Shown: positions 45,120 to 58,437 of the stretch, piece after piece
Layout of the letters: every line of letters begins with the position of its first letter
Numbering within the stretch: position 1 is the first letter of the stretch
From: Phaeosaccion multiseriatum
Lineage: Eukaryota; Protista; Ochrophyta, other classes
Assembly (NCBI GenBank): GCA_965112735.1
Contig: OZ218964.1
Location: forward strand, 2,046,001-2,110,000
DNA: 64,000 nt
Direction of reading: 5' to 3'
Position numbers and translations under genes: made by a program
Notes under the pieces: generated by a model
The model's database searches: none
What the model saw: the letters and a program-made list of their open reading frames with translations, nothing else
Told to the model about the DNA's origin: nothing

Positions 45120-48100
45120 GTAGCCACAAGGGAGGCACACTGTAGTGAGGGGGGCGATTCGGACGATGCCTGCTTTGCTTGGTTTGCGATGACTTGGCGA
45201 GAGTGAGAGGACGGAGCATCGAGCCATCGACCCTCAAGTCTCCAAGGCACGCACACACACTACTTACTTTGTAGTGGTGCACCCCACCACACGCGCCGCT
45301 TTGAGGACCTGCACGTGCTTGCGCTCCTGCAGCTCCACTGAGCGCTTGCGAAGGGAGTTAAGCTTGTCCAGCTCGTATTCCAGCCCCTCCAGCGCGTTGG
45401 CACGGACACAGGCCTGCCACCCCGCGTAGAGCTTGTCGCGCCCCCTCCGGTCCATCTTCCAGGTGGCTTGGTCTGCCCGGTACGCGTAGGCTCCCGGTGG
45501 AGCGCCCCCCTCGCGCCATGCCTTGAAGAGATAGTCCTCCTCCACAGCCCTCCCCCCCTTTCCAACCTCGGTGAAGAGTCCCTCTCCGTCGTCGTCGTCC
45601 GTCACGTCGTGGATGGTGAGGGCTTGCACGAGCTCGTGGATGTCCGTCTGCTGCTGCTGGAGGTCGTACGTGTCCGTGTTGACCAGCATGCTGAGAGGCG
45701 CCGCACAAGAGAATGAATAGAGCAAGGCGCCTCGCGGTTACGTACAACAATCAATAACGCACCACACGAACTACGTTACGCCTCATCTCGATGATACTTA
45801 CTCGACCATGAGGGACTCAGCATTGTCTCTCACATACTCGAAGGTGAGGTCGCCTTGAGTGCGTGCCAGAAGCGTGTTGAGAGTCTTGAGGCAGTCCGCC
45901 ACCTCCCTCTCGCAGTCCTTCTTGTAAAAGAAGTCAGCCTGATGGCCATGAGGAACGCAAGAGGCCAGGCAGCCAGAGAAGGCGAGGAGAAGAGAGGAGG
46001 TGAGTGCGGCTGGCTGAAAGAAGCGAAGGGAGACCGAAGACGTAGGCTATGCTCGCATCTGCTCTTCTAGACAGAGCGCGCAGCCCTCGCCCGCCTGCCC
46101 TGTCGAGACGGCCTCTTTTGCCTCTCTCGCTCCCTCTTCTGCTACGAACCTGCGAAAAGCGCTGGCCTCTGGAAAGCTCGTAAAGGTTGAGTTCCGCGAG
46201 TCTCTCCGATTTGCTGTTCCCCCCCACGCGGACGATGTCGTAGCGCTTGTTCTCCACTGCCAGCAGATGCTCGAGAAACTGGTCGAGCGCATGGTTCGTG
46301 TAGCACAGACACAGGATCTTCTCGTGTGTGTTGTCGAGGATGACTTGCGCAAGAACGCTCCCTATGAAGGTCTTGCCCGTCCCCGGGGGGCCCTAGTAGT
46401 ACCATGATGTTGTAAGGGAATGGTAGTACAGCGAACGAGGGAAGCCACAGGCCGACTGGCTCAGCCGAAGTAAGAAGCTCAACCTCGGAGGGCACTCCCT
46501 GTCTCCATCAGTCTTTCTGGCCTCGCCTCAGAAGTCAGACATCTCTTCGTCTCACTCAATAGGAACGCACCTGTATGAGCGACACGCGTTGACGAAAGGC
46601 GTGCTGGAGGGCATGTATCTGCCAGTGGAGCAAAGGAACAGCAAGGGGTGCGCACGCACGTCGGTTGTCAGCGCAGGCGTGGACTCGCTTTTACCGGGCC
46701 ACAGCCATGCACGCACCTGACTCGCATCCAGCGTGGTGTCCTCCTCGAGCCCAGAGAAGTATGTGTCTTCACCCTCGCCTTCCCTGCTCAGCACGAGAGG
46801 CCGGACGCCGTCCTTGAGCACACCTACGGGAACCTGGAGCCTTTCCGGGAGGTACAGCTGCGGACGGTTCTGCCCGTACAGCAGCTCCTCAGCGAAGGGC
46901 AACTCGACTTTGCGCTGCAGCGAGCGGAGCCTGGAATACACGGCAAGAGGAGCGACGGAAGAGGAGGAGTGATGAGTGAGCAGGTGGTGAGTCCATGCAC
47001 TGCCATCACATCAGTCATCAATGCGTATCGTCACTACACTGCTTGAGGGCTTACACTGGCTCGTAGGCGAAGAAGCTTGCGGATATCATGACCAAGTCGC
47101 CGCGAACGTCGCTGTGCCCGACTGCTTTGGCCGCAGAAAGGGCGTGCTGCCTGAGCATCAACTGCAGCGGCAGAGAGTTGCCCACCGCCGAGCCTGCACC
47201 CTCCTGGAACGACACGCCCAGGAGAGACCGCTTGGCGAGGACCGAGCTGTCGCGCATCGTCACCACCCCGAACAGTTTCGGTTCAGCCGCCATCTGTTCG
47301 CCCTCCGCACTGCCGGCCTTCCTCTCCTCAGGCGCTTGGCTGGCCTCGAGGCACACCATACTGCCGATGGGAAAGAAGCGCCTGCAGGTCACAAGACAAA
47401 GATGCAAAGCCGTGCGTGACGTCGAGGGAGGCAAGGCATTATGGTATCTCCTCATGGCGGAACCCTTTCCGACTGTGTGTGTGTGTGTGTGTGTGTGACT
47501 GAGACGGGCGGGCAGGCACCTACCTGCGGCTCTCCTCCCAGAAAGACTTGCTCCACTTTGGCTTGGAGTCGAACGCGACGAGGAAGGAGCCCAAGGTGTT
47601 CAAATTATGGCGCCCTTCGCCGAGCTCCAGCCCCGTCACTCTTGCATTCCTCAGTTTGAAGAGCCTTTCGCCGCCGTTATTGTGGCGGCCACAGTCCTGT
47701 TGCACCTCCGGGGGACGCATGGGGCCCACGCAGTCCTCGCGCAAGAGGCGAAAGCGCGCGTCGAGCAGATGGAGCGTGTCGAGCTCGAGCCGCTCCTCGG
47801 GCGAGGCGTCCTCCGCGGGGTTCAAGAAGCGATTGCTCTCGTCGGCGAGGGGAAGGTATGGTCTGTCCAGGTGCGCGAGCTCTGCGCTCGTGGGAAGAAC
47901 AGAGATATCCCTGTCGTGTCGTGATGGCGAAAAAGGGTACAGGAGGGAGAACGAAGGGCAATGTTGATAGAAGCGAGCCGCATACGCACACTCAGGCCCC
48001 CAAGGACCTCTCGCGCGGCCATGAACGCTTGCCTGTAGTTGAAGTGGTCGTTGTCATGGCCGCCGGGACCGCCAGGAGGATCTTGGGCGCTGCAGGCGGG

Positions 48101-48959
48101 CCCTCTTCCAGGAGTCCTCTGCTCAAAGGAGGGCGCGAGCTTCTGCGGCAGCAGCAACTTAGGGTCGAGGACGTTTAGAAGCTGGAGCGCCCCGCGCAAG
48201 AGAGCGGCTTCTGCTGGTGGGCTGTGCTCCCCCTCCGCCCTGCCGGCAAGGAGCAGCGCCATGGCTCGGACCTGCGGCTCTCGCCTTGCTTCGTTGAGCA
48301 AGTTGACACTTCGCGTGAGGAAAGCGCATATCTTCTCTTGGCGTCGAGCCTGAGAGTGAAGTCAAGACGAAGCAAGGGCGGGTCAGAGGTGAACAGAGGT
48401 GCGTGGGGTGCCCCTCTCTGCTGCTTACCTGCTCTGCAGTTGCCGCTCCGTCCTGCACCAGAGCGTAAAGCTTCCCGAGGAGCAGCGGGGTGTTGTACAG
48501 CCACACTACGAGCTGGGTAAGTCCCTCTTCGTAAAGAGGCCGATTCATCGCTTCCAGCGATACCAGCGACAAAATAGGACCCATCACCCGATCAAAGAAA
48601 TCGGGTCCTCCGTCCCCTTGTGTCAGCGCTTCGCGGAGTCGAGCCAGGCCGTGATCGCGCGGCTTCACCAGGCGCTGGAGGAGCTCTCCCTTGTCCTGGA
48701 AGGTCCCGCTCGTCAGTGCTTCGATGAATGAAGAGAGCATTCGCTCGTTCATGGGAAGTTCGCCGACCGGCGTCTTGACAAGCTTGTCGAAGAGGGGGCG
48801 ATGAGGGTCATGGCGCCGTTCTTGTCCTCGCTCCCCCCCTCTACCACCAGCTGCAGTTGCTTCTTCTCCTCGCCCCCCCCTTCCATTATGCCCTTGTCCT
48901 CGTGCACCCCCTCTCCCTCGCCTCCACCCTCCGCCCCTTCTATTCCTCCCCGCTTCCAT
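40946..48959 (-). CDS. ZNFX1: ZNFX1-like SF1 (UPF1-type) RNA helicase with NF-X1 Zn fingers and a C-terminal RZ finger (many exons)
   Basis: PGGHDNDHFNYR, LDARFRLLRED, GPPGTGKT, CYTNHALDQF, IEEAGELLEAH, LIGDHRQLRP, LEVQHRMRP, SIDNYQGEE, RVNVALSRAR, repeated LxCGHxC fingers, GHWFTCPNGHPFFIGECGGAMQESRCPDCG. Confidence 0.92.
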
Positions 48960-50384
48960 CTTTCCCCTCTCCTTGCTTACAGCATAGCTCTCAAAAAAAC
49001 AAAAAAGGTCACCCACCACACCCCGCGCTAAATTCGCCCCCAAACAGAAAATCTTACATCCCCGTTCGGGAATTGGAATTGCGTCGATTGCATTCCCCCC
49101 CCCCAGAGCGCTTGGGGGCGTACACATGCTACAGAGCACCAAAGGCGAAGCGCTTCGGGGGAGCTATGGTCTACATAGTCTACTCGGCGGCGGGTAGACT
49201 AGCTTAAAGTGCGATTGCGGGAGCTTTGTGGAGAGAATTGAGCGGCGAAATATGATGGTCTTTCGGGTGCGATTCTGGGCTGAAAAGAGCGAGCTACAGA
49301 GATACGTTCGGGAGAGACTACGGAAGGTTTAGTGTAATCACTGCTGAGATGCTCAAAGTGTACTTGCAGGAACTTCGGGGCCAGATTATGCCGCTCAAAG
49401 TGTACGCTTTTTGGCAGTGATTCTGGCCCTTAAACGGGGGGAAGAGAGGGTTCGACCATAAGAATAGGTCACATACACCGCTAGGCCTTCTCCAATGATG
49501 ATGTACATCTTTGGTGCGCTTTATATGCTCTGCTGACCGAGCCGTTGGTTTTCAAAGCTGATATTGTCCTTTTAATGCACTCAAATACCATACAGTCTGT
49601 TCTTGCTACGGCTGTACAACAAGCTGCTCGCACGCTTCTTCCGCCCCCACTGCTGCTGCTGGTGGAGATAGTCCTCGCCACGGCCACTTTCCTAGTCGGG
49701 ATATGCTGAGAGGGGAAAACGAGGAGGAGTGCGATCACAGATTTGAGGGGAGGGCAACAAAAGTTCATTATCCAAGCAACAACAAAAAATGGGCCAAGCT
49801 GAGCACATGAGTGGAAGAGCAAGAGAGCCGGGAACAAAGGGTCAGGTGTCATAGTGCAGAAGAACCAAACCTGAAGTTCCTCCCTCCCCTCCCTACCCCC
49901 TAAAGAGACCACCCTGGTGTTGAGCGATAACTCACCCTATTAAGCGACTGGTATTTCAGACACAAGCGGAGAGATCCTGCACAAAAAAACTGAATTATCC
50001 ATAGCAGCTTGGCGAGAAAGATGGAGCCAGCATATGCGAACCTTTCTATAGCTTTCGGGGACAGCGTGGACAGGGGCCGATAGTCCGGCTCTCCTCCCCT
50101 CGCCTTCCCAGCTACTTTTTTATGTGATAAATAATAAATAATAATAACCGCCCGCAACGGCTGAAAAAATAAGATCACAGGGCCCCGGGCTGTTGGTGAA
50201 CCACAAAGGCAGGGGTGCGGTTGCCCTTTATTTTTTTAGCGCCAAAGGCAAGATCTTTGGTGAAGAAGGGAGGAGGAGGAGCGAGGCCTCCTTCCTTTTC
50301 GTCGCGATCCCCCTGCGCTCACCGTAGCGTAGAGGCAAGAGGAGGCGGAAGAGGAGGAGGAGGAGGAGGAGTTGCTGGGAGGGT

Positions 50385-53043
50385 ATGCGCCATGGAGAGA
50401 GAGAAGTACTCTCCTTGCTCGAGGTCCTCCTCTTCTTCGGCATTGTTTGGACACTGATCGAGGCTGGGTTCTACGTTTTGGTGAAATGTGTGATCAACAG
50501 GAAGTTGCAGGCACTGACTGCCCCGCCTGAGGTGTGTGTTGGTGTTCAGAAGGGCCCAGTCGCTCGTTGCGCCCCTCTTTTACAATACATCTCTTCGTTC
50601 CTATTTCTTCGTGTGTCTCGCTCCGCTCAGTATCCCTTCCCCCCGAAGGAGATTATGCGAAGGGTCAGGCGCGCTGTGACGTGGCTAGGAACCAACGGCG
50701 GAGCGTATGACTATAGGTCTTTCATATCGGGTAAGGAAGGAAGGGGCTGCTGCTGCTGCTGCTTGCTGCTGCTGCTGCTGCTACTGCCAAGGGTGCAGGC
50801 CAGCTCACTGCCGCTCCCCCTCCCCTGCGTTCCATCTCCTGTATTAAGGCTGGTTCCGCGATGCGGCCGTGGAGTCCATCAAGAGGGGAAACATGACTTC
50901 GTTTTTGTCCTGGGCTATGTTTGCGGAGGACTGGGCGAAGCTGAACACAAAGAAGCGACAGATGGTGGTTGGGGAGGTAAGGGAGTGGGAGCGACTCCTG
51001 GACCTCACCTTTCCGGAGGGGACGGCGGAGGACGTGCGCCCCATCAGGCTGACCTTAGAGCCAGTTCACTTCGTCCACAGGCCCTTGGCCGTCTATTTCT
51101 TTCTGAGGTCAGTGAGAGAGCCGGCTGGCAGGCTGCGAGCTGGGGGCCTCCAAGCTGAATCTCACACCCCGCCGACTACTGCCTCCATTCTGCCTCCGCT
51201 CCGCCCCTTCATGGGACGTTCTCTGCTGCTCAGTGTCGGACGCTGCCTTGCTCACGTGTGGATGCGGTGCTTGGGCTTCCGCCAGTACGAAGTGCCGGCT
51301 TGTGGAACAAGGTCGGTTGCAGTTTCGAGGGACTACTTGTTCATGAAATATGTCATCAGGAGCGCCCCCCCCCGCTTCTCTCCCCTCGCTCATCCTCTCC
51401 AGCCATCTCCGCCCCTCCCCCCTCAGGTACTGGGTACGGCCTGCTAGGGCAGGACAAAATGCCCCCCCCTCCCAGCTACCTCTGTTCTTCTTCCACGGCA
51501 TAGGAGTGGGCATGCTGATCTACCTGCGGCTCATTAGAAAGGCATCGGAAGGAAGGGTAAGTGGGGACGGGGTGTTGATATGAATTGAATCGCAAGCCTT
51601 CACCTTCGTCCATATGCCTACACGCTGCTGCCGCTGCTGCTCCTTGCTTTCGTCCCAGCTGACCATCTGCCTGGAAAGCCCGGCCATCTCGATGACTCTT
51701 CACCACTTGCGGAAGCACGAGCCCCCGACGGAGCGTGAGTTTGTGGCTGCAGTGGAGGAGATCTGCTCCTCTTTCGGCATTGAAAGGGCAGTTTTCATGG
51801 GGCACTCGTTCGGCACGTGAGTGAGCGGGGATGCTTTTTAGGGTTGACCTTTGTAGCGTGGAAACTGCGTGGAAACTGGAAACTGGAGAGACTGCTCCTC
51901 TGCTCCACTGCCACACCGCCTTACTGAACCCCCCTTCTCCCTCCCTCCCTCCCTCCCTCCCTCCCCCCGGTCTGCCCTCTTCCCAATGTGAAGGATCCCT
52001 GTCTGCTGGATGGCCAGACACCGCCCCGCCCTCGTGGCACAAACCGCCTTTCTGGACCCAGGTACGCCGCAGCAGAGGTGGCAGCAGATGGCAACAGATG
52101 GGAGTAGATGTCCACCTCCCCATGCGCTCCGCGTGTCCGAGTGCTCACGCTGCCCGCCTTGACCTTGTTTTGTGTAACGCCTGCGGTGGCAGTGTGCCTA
52201 CTGCTCTTCCTTCCGCGGGTTGCGAGGAACTTTGTATACTCCCAGGATTTTGCAGACACGGCCGCCGTCGGGGAGAATCTGCTGCGCATTTTCGTGGCGA
52301 AGGAAAAGGGCGTTCTCCACACGCTCCACAGACACTTTTGGTGGTGAGTCAGTCGCTTGGGAGAGAGGTCACGCATGCCTGCATCCTTGTGCCCCGGACT
52401 GAGCTCGCGGGTGTGCTTGTATTGACGAAAGCACCTCTCTTCCCTCGACGGCCCTTGCTCGTCAAAAGGTACCGCAACACGCTCTGGCCGGAGGAGCTGC
52501 AGTGCCCTGCCGTGGTTGGGCTAGCGGAGCGAGACGACATTGTACCCACAAAGGATGTGCGTGCTTTCATAGAGGGGTGGGCTCTTCACTCCCCACAACA
52601 GGCTAAACACGCAGAGAGAGAGAAAGGGAGACAGAAAGAGAAGAGAGAGAGAGAAAGAGAAAGAGGGAGGGAAAAGAGCAAAGGCTCAAGCAAGCGAGGA
52701 AGGAGTAATGATTACGGAACTGCAGCCTCTGAACCTGCCGTCAAAGCGGTAAGTGCGTACGTCGCTGGATGCAAACCATGCATGCAACCCCCCTCCTCCT
52801 CCTCCTCCTCCCTCGCTCTCCCGCCTTGCCTGCGGCGCTCACTCCCCCCCCATCCCCTCCCGCCCCTCGCAGATGGAGACCGTGTGGTGGCCCGCCTTCT
52901 CGCATGGCCAAGTTCTGGTCCGGGCAGACGCGCTGAACCAGTTCCTCGACAGAGTGAGGAAGCAGTCAGATGCCTTCGTCCTGACAGAGCCGCAGCAGGG
53001 GTCAGCCCCGGCAGCAGAAGTGCCCCGGAGACCCAGCGGTTGA
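50385..53043 (+). CDS. Membrane-anchored alpha/beta hydrolase (multi-exon)
   Basis: N-terminal TM segment; LTLEPVHFVHRPL; PLFFFHGIGVG; nucleophile GHSFG; LAERDDIVP (Asp); FSHGQVL (His). Confidence 0.82.
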
Positions 53044-53323
53044 TTGAAAGGGAACCCTCTGCGGCCGCTACCATGTATTCAATGTAATGATTCAATCAAC
53101 TACGCTTATTTGTGTGCGGTCCCAGCGAAAGGGCGAGCATGTACAACCCATATGACTCCATCGCCTCCCACCCGCCTTGACACGTGTGCAGCTGCTGAGG
53201 GCCGGTGGCGTGGCAATGTGCATTCGCTTGCCCTTACCGTTGGTCAGGCCACAGAGACATTTGTGTTTTGTCTCACCTTCACGGCCCATCATGCCTTGAG
53301 GAGCTCAAAAAGACACCACAGAG

Positions 53324-55531
53324 TCACGCGTCGGGTCTCTGCTTGGGCCTGGTGATGGGTAAGGCGCCACAAGAGAGCACGCAGCCCCTGCAGTCCACAA
53401 CCTTGCTGCGCGGCGGGAGCTGTGTGTCAGCCGGGGCGCTGCTGCGGCGGGCCTTGAACAGATAGGCCTTGATACCTCCCACGTTGACCTGGACGCAGGC
53501 TGCGGGCGAGGGGCAGTCGCGCTCCCACAGCGGCGAGTCCGTGAGGCACGGCAGCACCACCTGGGAGCGGGCATTGCACGGGGCAGGGGTAGGAGCAGGG
53601 GCAGCAGCAAAGGAGTGCTTTACTTGTCCTGCCCGTTTCCTCCTCCTCCTGCACGACGACACGGACGGCCCACACGTTCGCCCTCCTACCTTGGGTTCGA
53701 CGGTGAGGAGCACCACGCATCTGCCCGGCCGCAGCACCCTGGCCATATCCCGCACGGCAGCGGGGAAGAGCCTCCGGTTGATGGTCGCCTTACCGCAGCT
53801 CTTGCCGAAAGGTAGGTCCACGCAGATGGCGTCCACACTCCCGTTCCTTAGTGGCAGCCGCTGCGCATCGCAGTGCAGCATCCCGCAGCAAGCAGAGCAG
53901 CCAGGATCAGCTGGAGGTATCGGGGGGGGGGGGGGGGGCGAGGGAGCATGAGTGGTGGCGGCGGGGGAGCGCGCGAGGGGGTGGGACGTAGTTGCCATCG
54001 GCTGCCATCGGAAGGCTCCATCCAACGCACCTGTTCCGTCCTTACGCCTGGGGAGAGATGCCGAGGAGTTCTCGCTGACGATAGGGCCGCAAGAGGTGTC
54101 GAGTTCTGCCCCGAGGCCGAACACGCCTGGCCACTGCGCACTCGCCTAGTGTGGTGGGAGAGGAGGGGGTTTGGGGGGGGGTGAGCCACAGCAACGCAAA
54201 GCCACCGCATCCAGGTACCTCTTCCCACCTACTTGGATCGGAATGGTGTTGAGGCCTGCAAAGGAGTCCAACACCACGTCACCCTTGCGTAAGTCAGCAA
54301 GATGGTTCAGCATCATGTGCGCGGTGGAAGGCCGCAGTGTTGCCCTCCTGCCGAGAGCCGGCTGTGGGGAGGGAAGAGGGGGGACGACCGCACCCAGGAG
54401 GTTGAGAGTGAGCTAGAGGTGCAGTGCCCCCCCCCCTTCCACTCGCAGGCGGACATGACATCACCTGCCAAGGTCTTGGCTCCACCGGCAGAGTGACATT
54501 ACTCGCCGCTGTTCTGGGGAAGAGCACGAGCCCCGCCACCACGGACTTGTTGAGCACCACGCACAGCACCTTGCAAAGCAGCAAAGGACATGCAACACAC
54601 ATCAATGTAGGAAGGAGCAGCACACAGCGACTGCTTTACCTCTAGGTGGAAGTCTCGCAGGGACACCGCCCAATTGTTCGTTCCGTACACGTTGGTGGCG
54701 GAGGCTTCTCTCAGCACGCCTTCCCCTATCTTTGCTCCCACCTCCGGCGAGTTGAAGCAATGCGTCCCGTCTCTGATTGGCGATACCCGAAAGAGTAGCT
54801 TCTTTTGGTCGCCCCCGCTCAGCCTCTCCTCGATATCGGCAAGGTCGTCAGAGGGGCGCCACAGCTTCCAAGTCTGATGATGGTGAGGACCGAAAGAGGG
54901 AGGTCAGATACCCGCCCGTCTCCCTCGAGAGAGACGTCACCCCCGCTTCTAATTACCTCCACAGCACGGTGCCAATCGGCCGAACAAACCACGTCTGAAA
55001 GTATCTTCAGACACTCCTCCTTGTCGCCCCCCTTCCCGTGAATGTTTAGTCCGTCGACACTGGCCAAGTGAGCTAGCAAGCCCTGAAGGCAGGGTATGTG
55101 CCTCAGCTTGCTCAAAGGTGCGTCTGTGAGTATCTCCAATACCCCCACACCTGCCGTTCCTGCGCTTGTGCTTGTCTTGGTCAAGTTCGTATCAGGCTCT
55201 CTCTGGAAGGGCGTGACCCTCGCCGTGTACGAAGGAGGCCGCCCCATGTAACGCTTAAACTCCTCCGCACACTGCTCTTCCAGTCCTACAACAACAAACA
55301 GAGAGAAAAAGAGAGAAAGAAAGTAGCTTAAGTGAGCCCTGGCCATCGTGATGAGGTGGACCAAATCATAGTCCTTACGCGACAACTGTCAGCAGCTCTT
55401 TGCAAGCGTTCCCTGTACACTCGCGGGGGGCACAGGCGCCATTCCCTACAGATGAGCGACGTACCTCCAAGGCACAGGCCAAGATAGGCATGAATCAAGG
55501 GAGGCGCTTCGGGTAGCACCTGCTCCGCCAT
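53324..55531 (-). CDS. THUMP-domain m2G RNA methyltransferase (THUMPD2/THUMPD3-like), multi-exon
   Basis: GLEEQCAEE, WAVSLRDFHLE, LRPSTAHMM, GDVVLDSFAG, DAQRLPLRNGSVDAICVDLPFGK, MARVLRPG. Confidence 0.82.
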
Positions 55532-56090
55532 TTCTTTCCTATTTCCACAAGGAACAAAGTGTGAAGGGCTTGAAGCAGAGGGAGGGGAGGAGGAGGGGCA
55601 GGAGGGAGGCGGGAGGATTTGCCATTTATCTCTCTATCCTTCGCCGGCGCTGACTCGGCCTTTTACGACCACCTCCTCCGGTTCTCACACAACACCCTGC
55701 TTTCCTCACATCCAAGCCCCTATTACGGGCTTGTAAAGTGCCCCTACGAGCCGATAGGGAGCGGCCTTCCTTCACGGGTGGGCCGACGGAAGGCAACTCG
55801 CAGCTACACTTCTCCCTCACCTTCTCAACTTATCACTTCGGTCCCAATCTCGCCCGCTCCAAGCTACAAACCACCCCGGCAAGGCCGCAGATCCTTGAGC
55901 AATACCATTAAAGCTCACCCTGGGCAACTTCTTTCTTTTCTTCGAGGTTGATGAGGTTTATAAGTGATCGCTGCCTAAGAGTAAAATTCCCCCTCTTTCA
56001 CCTCGAGAGGATCTCGAAAGAGGCACAGGTACCTCTGTGCTCTCCAACCAAAGCTTTTAAAGTACAAGAACCGTCCATCGGATAGTCGAG

Positions 56091-57901
56091 ATGGCAGACA
56101 GCGCGAAGAAAGGCCCTTCCGCCGGGGAAGGAGACGCCAACACCACAATATCAAGCAGCAACACCGAAAGGGAAGAAGAAATCCCTCCGCCTCCGCCGCT
56201 CAAGATGGCCACCCTCTTGGTGAAATGCCCCGACCGAACAGGGGTCGTCGCAGCTGTGGGCACACTCCTCAATGGGTTCAATACGAACATCGTGGAAAGG
56301 TACATCTTTTGGTTATTTTTGCTCCCCTGGCTGCTCCTTCTTCAACAAGTCTCTTGCCCTTTGCCTCCTCCTTTCGCCAGCGAGCAATTCACGGACGACG
56401 ACAACGGGATGTACTCCCAGCGGCTACGCTTCGACTATTCCCATCTCTCCGTAGGAGCGGGTAACACCACCGTCCTGGAGACGGCCCTCACAGGTTGGCT
56501 CATATTCCCCCCCCCCCCCCCCGTGTTGCCTGCGATAGCAATATTTCCCCCCCCATTTAAGTGTGTCAACTAATATATTGTCTTAAAAGATAAGTCCCAT
56601 GATGTAGGCTGGGCCACAGCTCCACGAGCCGACGATCCCAAGTGTAGACGTGAGGAGACTGGGCATCTCCGCATCACAACGCATAACGCCCCCTTCTTCT
56701 CTCCCTGCTTGACTATTTCCCAATCTGGTCGACACTGTGTGGCCCTTTGCCGTGCCCCCCCCCCACACACACTGCAGAGCTGGCAGAGCGCTACGCGATG
56801 GAGTGGCGCATGTCGTACGACGAGCACGGCCGCATGAAGATCATCCTGCTGGTGACCAAGGAGGAACACTGCCTCTATGACCTGCTGATCCGGCAGCGCA
56901 GGGGGGAGCTGTGCTGCGACATCGTTGGAGTGGTGAGTGGAAGACAGTGTGCGAGTGGAGTGAATGGTTGTGGACCGTGTTGTGTGTAAGCGAAAGGCGG
57001 GAGTCGACTAAACTGCTTGCTTGTCCTCCTCGCTGGCGCGGCAACTTTGCAGGTGAGCAACCACGACACTCTCCGCCCTGTGGCTGACATGTTCGAGGTG
57101 CCCTACTTCTTCATGCCCATCAAGAAGAAGAGCGAGGGGGGGGGGGGTAAGCGTGCCCAGGAGCTGCAGATCGAGGAGCTCATGAAGGAAAAGGAGGTGG
57201 ACTTGGTGGTGCTGGCGAGATACATGCAGATCCTTTCCAAGGAGTTCTGCGAGGCGCATTGGAGCAAAACCATCAACATCCATCACTCCTTCCTGTAAGG
57301 GCGTGCCGGAACTTCCCTCCAGTCTTGAAAGTATGAAGGACAAGAAGAAATCTGACCATTGTTTCCGTTCGACTCAGGCCGGCGTTCGAGGGTGCCAAGC
57401 CGTACCACAGGGCACACGAACGCGGAGTCAAGCTCATTGGGGCCACCGCCCACTTTGCCACCGCGGGTGTGTGTGTAGCGTGGGGCTTTTATAAATGCTC
57501 TCTCTCTCGCTGACCCATTTCTGTTCCTTCACCTCCTGCGCTTCCCCCAGACCTGGACTGCGGCCCCATCATTGTCCAAGATGTAAGCAGGGAGGCAAGA
57601 CAAGCCCTCAATGGAGGGGTAGTGAGGGGGCAGCTGGGGAGACCTGCCGTGAGAAGGGGGGCCAGAATAGCCCGCGCCTTGCTTCTCACCTCACTCATCC
57701 CCTCCCTTCACGGCCGACTGCCGCGTTAAACGATACACCCTATGCCCGCAGGTGACGAGCATCTCGCATCGAGACAACGTTGCTGAGATGATGCGGCGCG
57801 GCAGAGACCTGGAAAGGATGGTACTGGCCAAAGCAGTGCGGCTCTTCCTGCTCGACTCCATTATCGTGCACGGCAACAAGACCGTGTGCTTCGGGGCCTG
57901 A
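56091..57901 (+). CDS. purU: Formyltetrahydrofolate deformylase (multi-exon)
   Basis: ACT-domain CPDRTGVVA; [13 protein letters not shown]; VSNH; [13 protein letters not shown]; INIHHSFL|[26 protein letters not shown]; [11 protein letters not shown]; [13 protein letters not shown]; GNKTVCF. Confidence 0.95.
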
Positions 57902-58081
57902 GTGGAGTAGCTGCTGTCACGCTCTCTGCACACGTGCCCTTTTCTTCGTGGGCTCCAGACTGGACTGTTGCGTGGTGGAGAGAGCGAGCGAGTGCCGCGC
58001 GTTCGGGCCTTGACTTGTACCAGCCTCGAGACACCGGCGCCAGCCGGCCTAAGCCCCCCCCGGCCTGTGAGTGGCTGGCTG

Positions 58082-58437
58082 CCAGAGAAGGTACGAGGAG
58101 GGCCACGAGGAGGGCCACGAGGAGGAGCATTATGAGGAGCATGATCATGAGCACCAGAGAAGGTACGAGGAGGGCCACGAGGAGGAGCATTATGAGGAGC
58201 ATGATCATGAGCACCAACTCTGGTGCACCAACTCTGGTGCTCATGATCATGCTCCTCATAATGCTCCTCCTCGTGGCCCTCCTCGTGGCCCTCCTCGTGG
58301 CCCTCCTCGTACTTCTCTGGTGCTCATGATCATGCTCCTCATAATGCTCCTCCTCGTGGCCCTCCTCGTACCTTCTCTGGTGCTCATGATCATGCTCCTC
58401 ACAATGCTCCTCCTCGTGGCCCTCCTCGTACCTTCTC
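58082..58437. repeat. Foldback minisatellite: two forward and three inverted ~60-bp units
   Basis: Unit CCAGAGAAGGTACGAG(GAGGGCCACGAG)1-3GAGGAGCATTATGAGGAGCATGATCATGAGCA; orientation switches at about 58214-58238. Confidence 0.9.

Noticed and set aside
49000-50380. Lower-GC 1.4-kb intergenic stretch with short ORFs (possible TE relic or foreign DNA)
   Set aside because: No TIRs, TSD or recognisable protein motif could be found by eye.
55990-56042. Two small hairpins upstream of purU (possible riboswitch or terminator)
   Set aside because: Short stems expected by chance, with no recognisable aptamer consensus.
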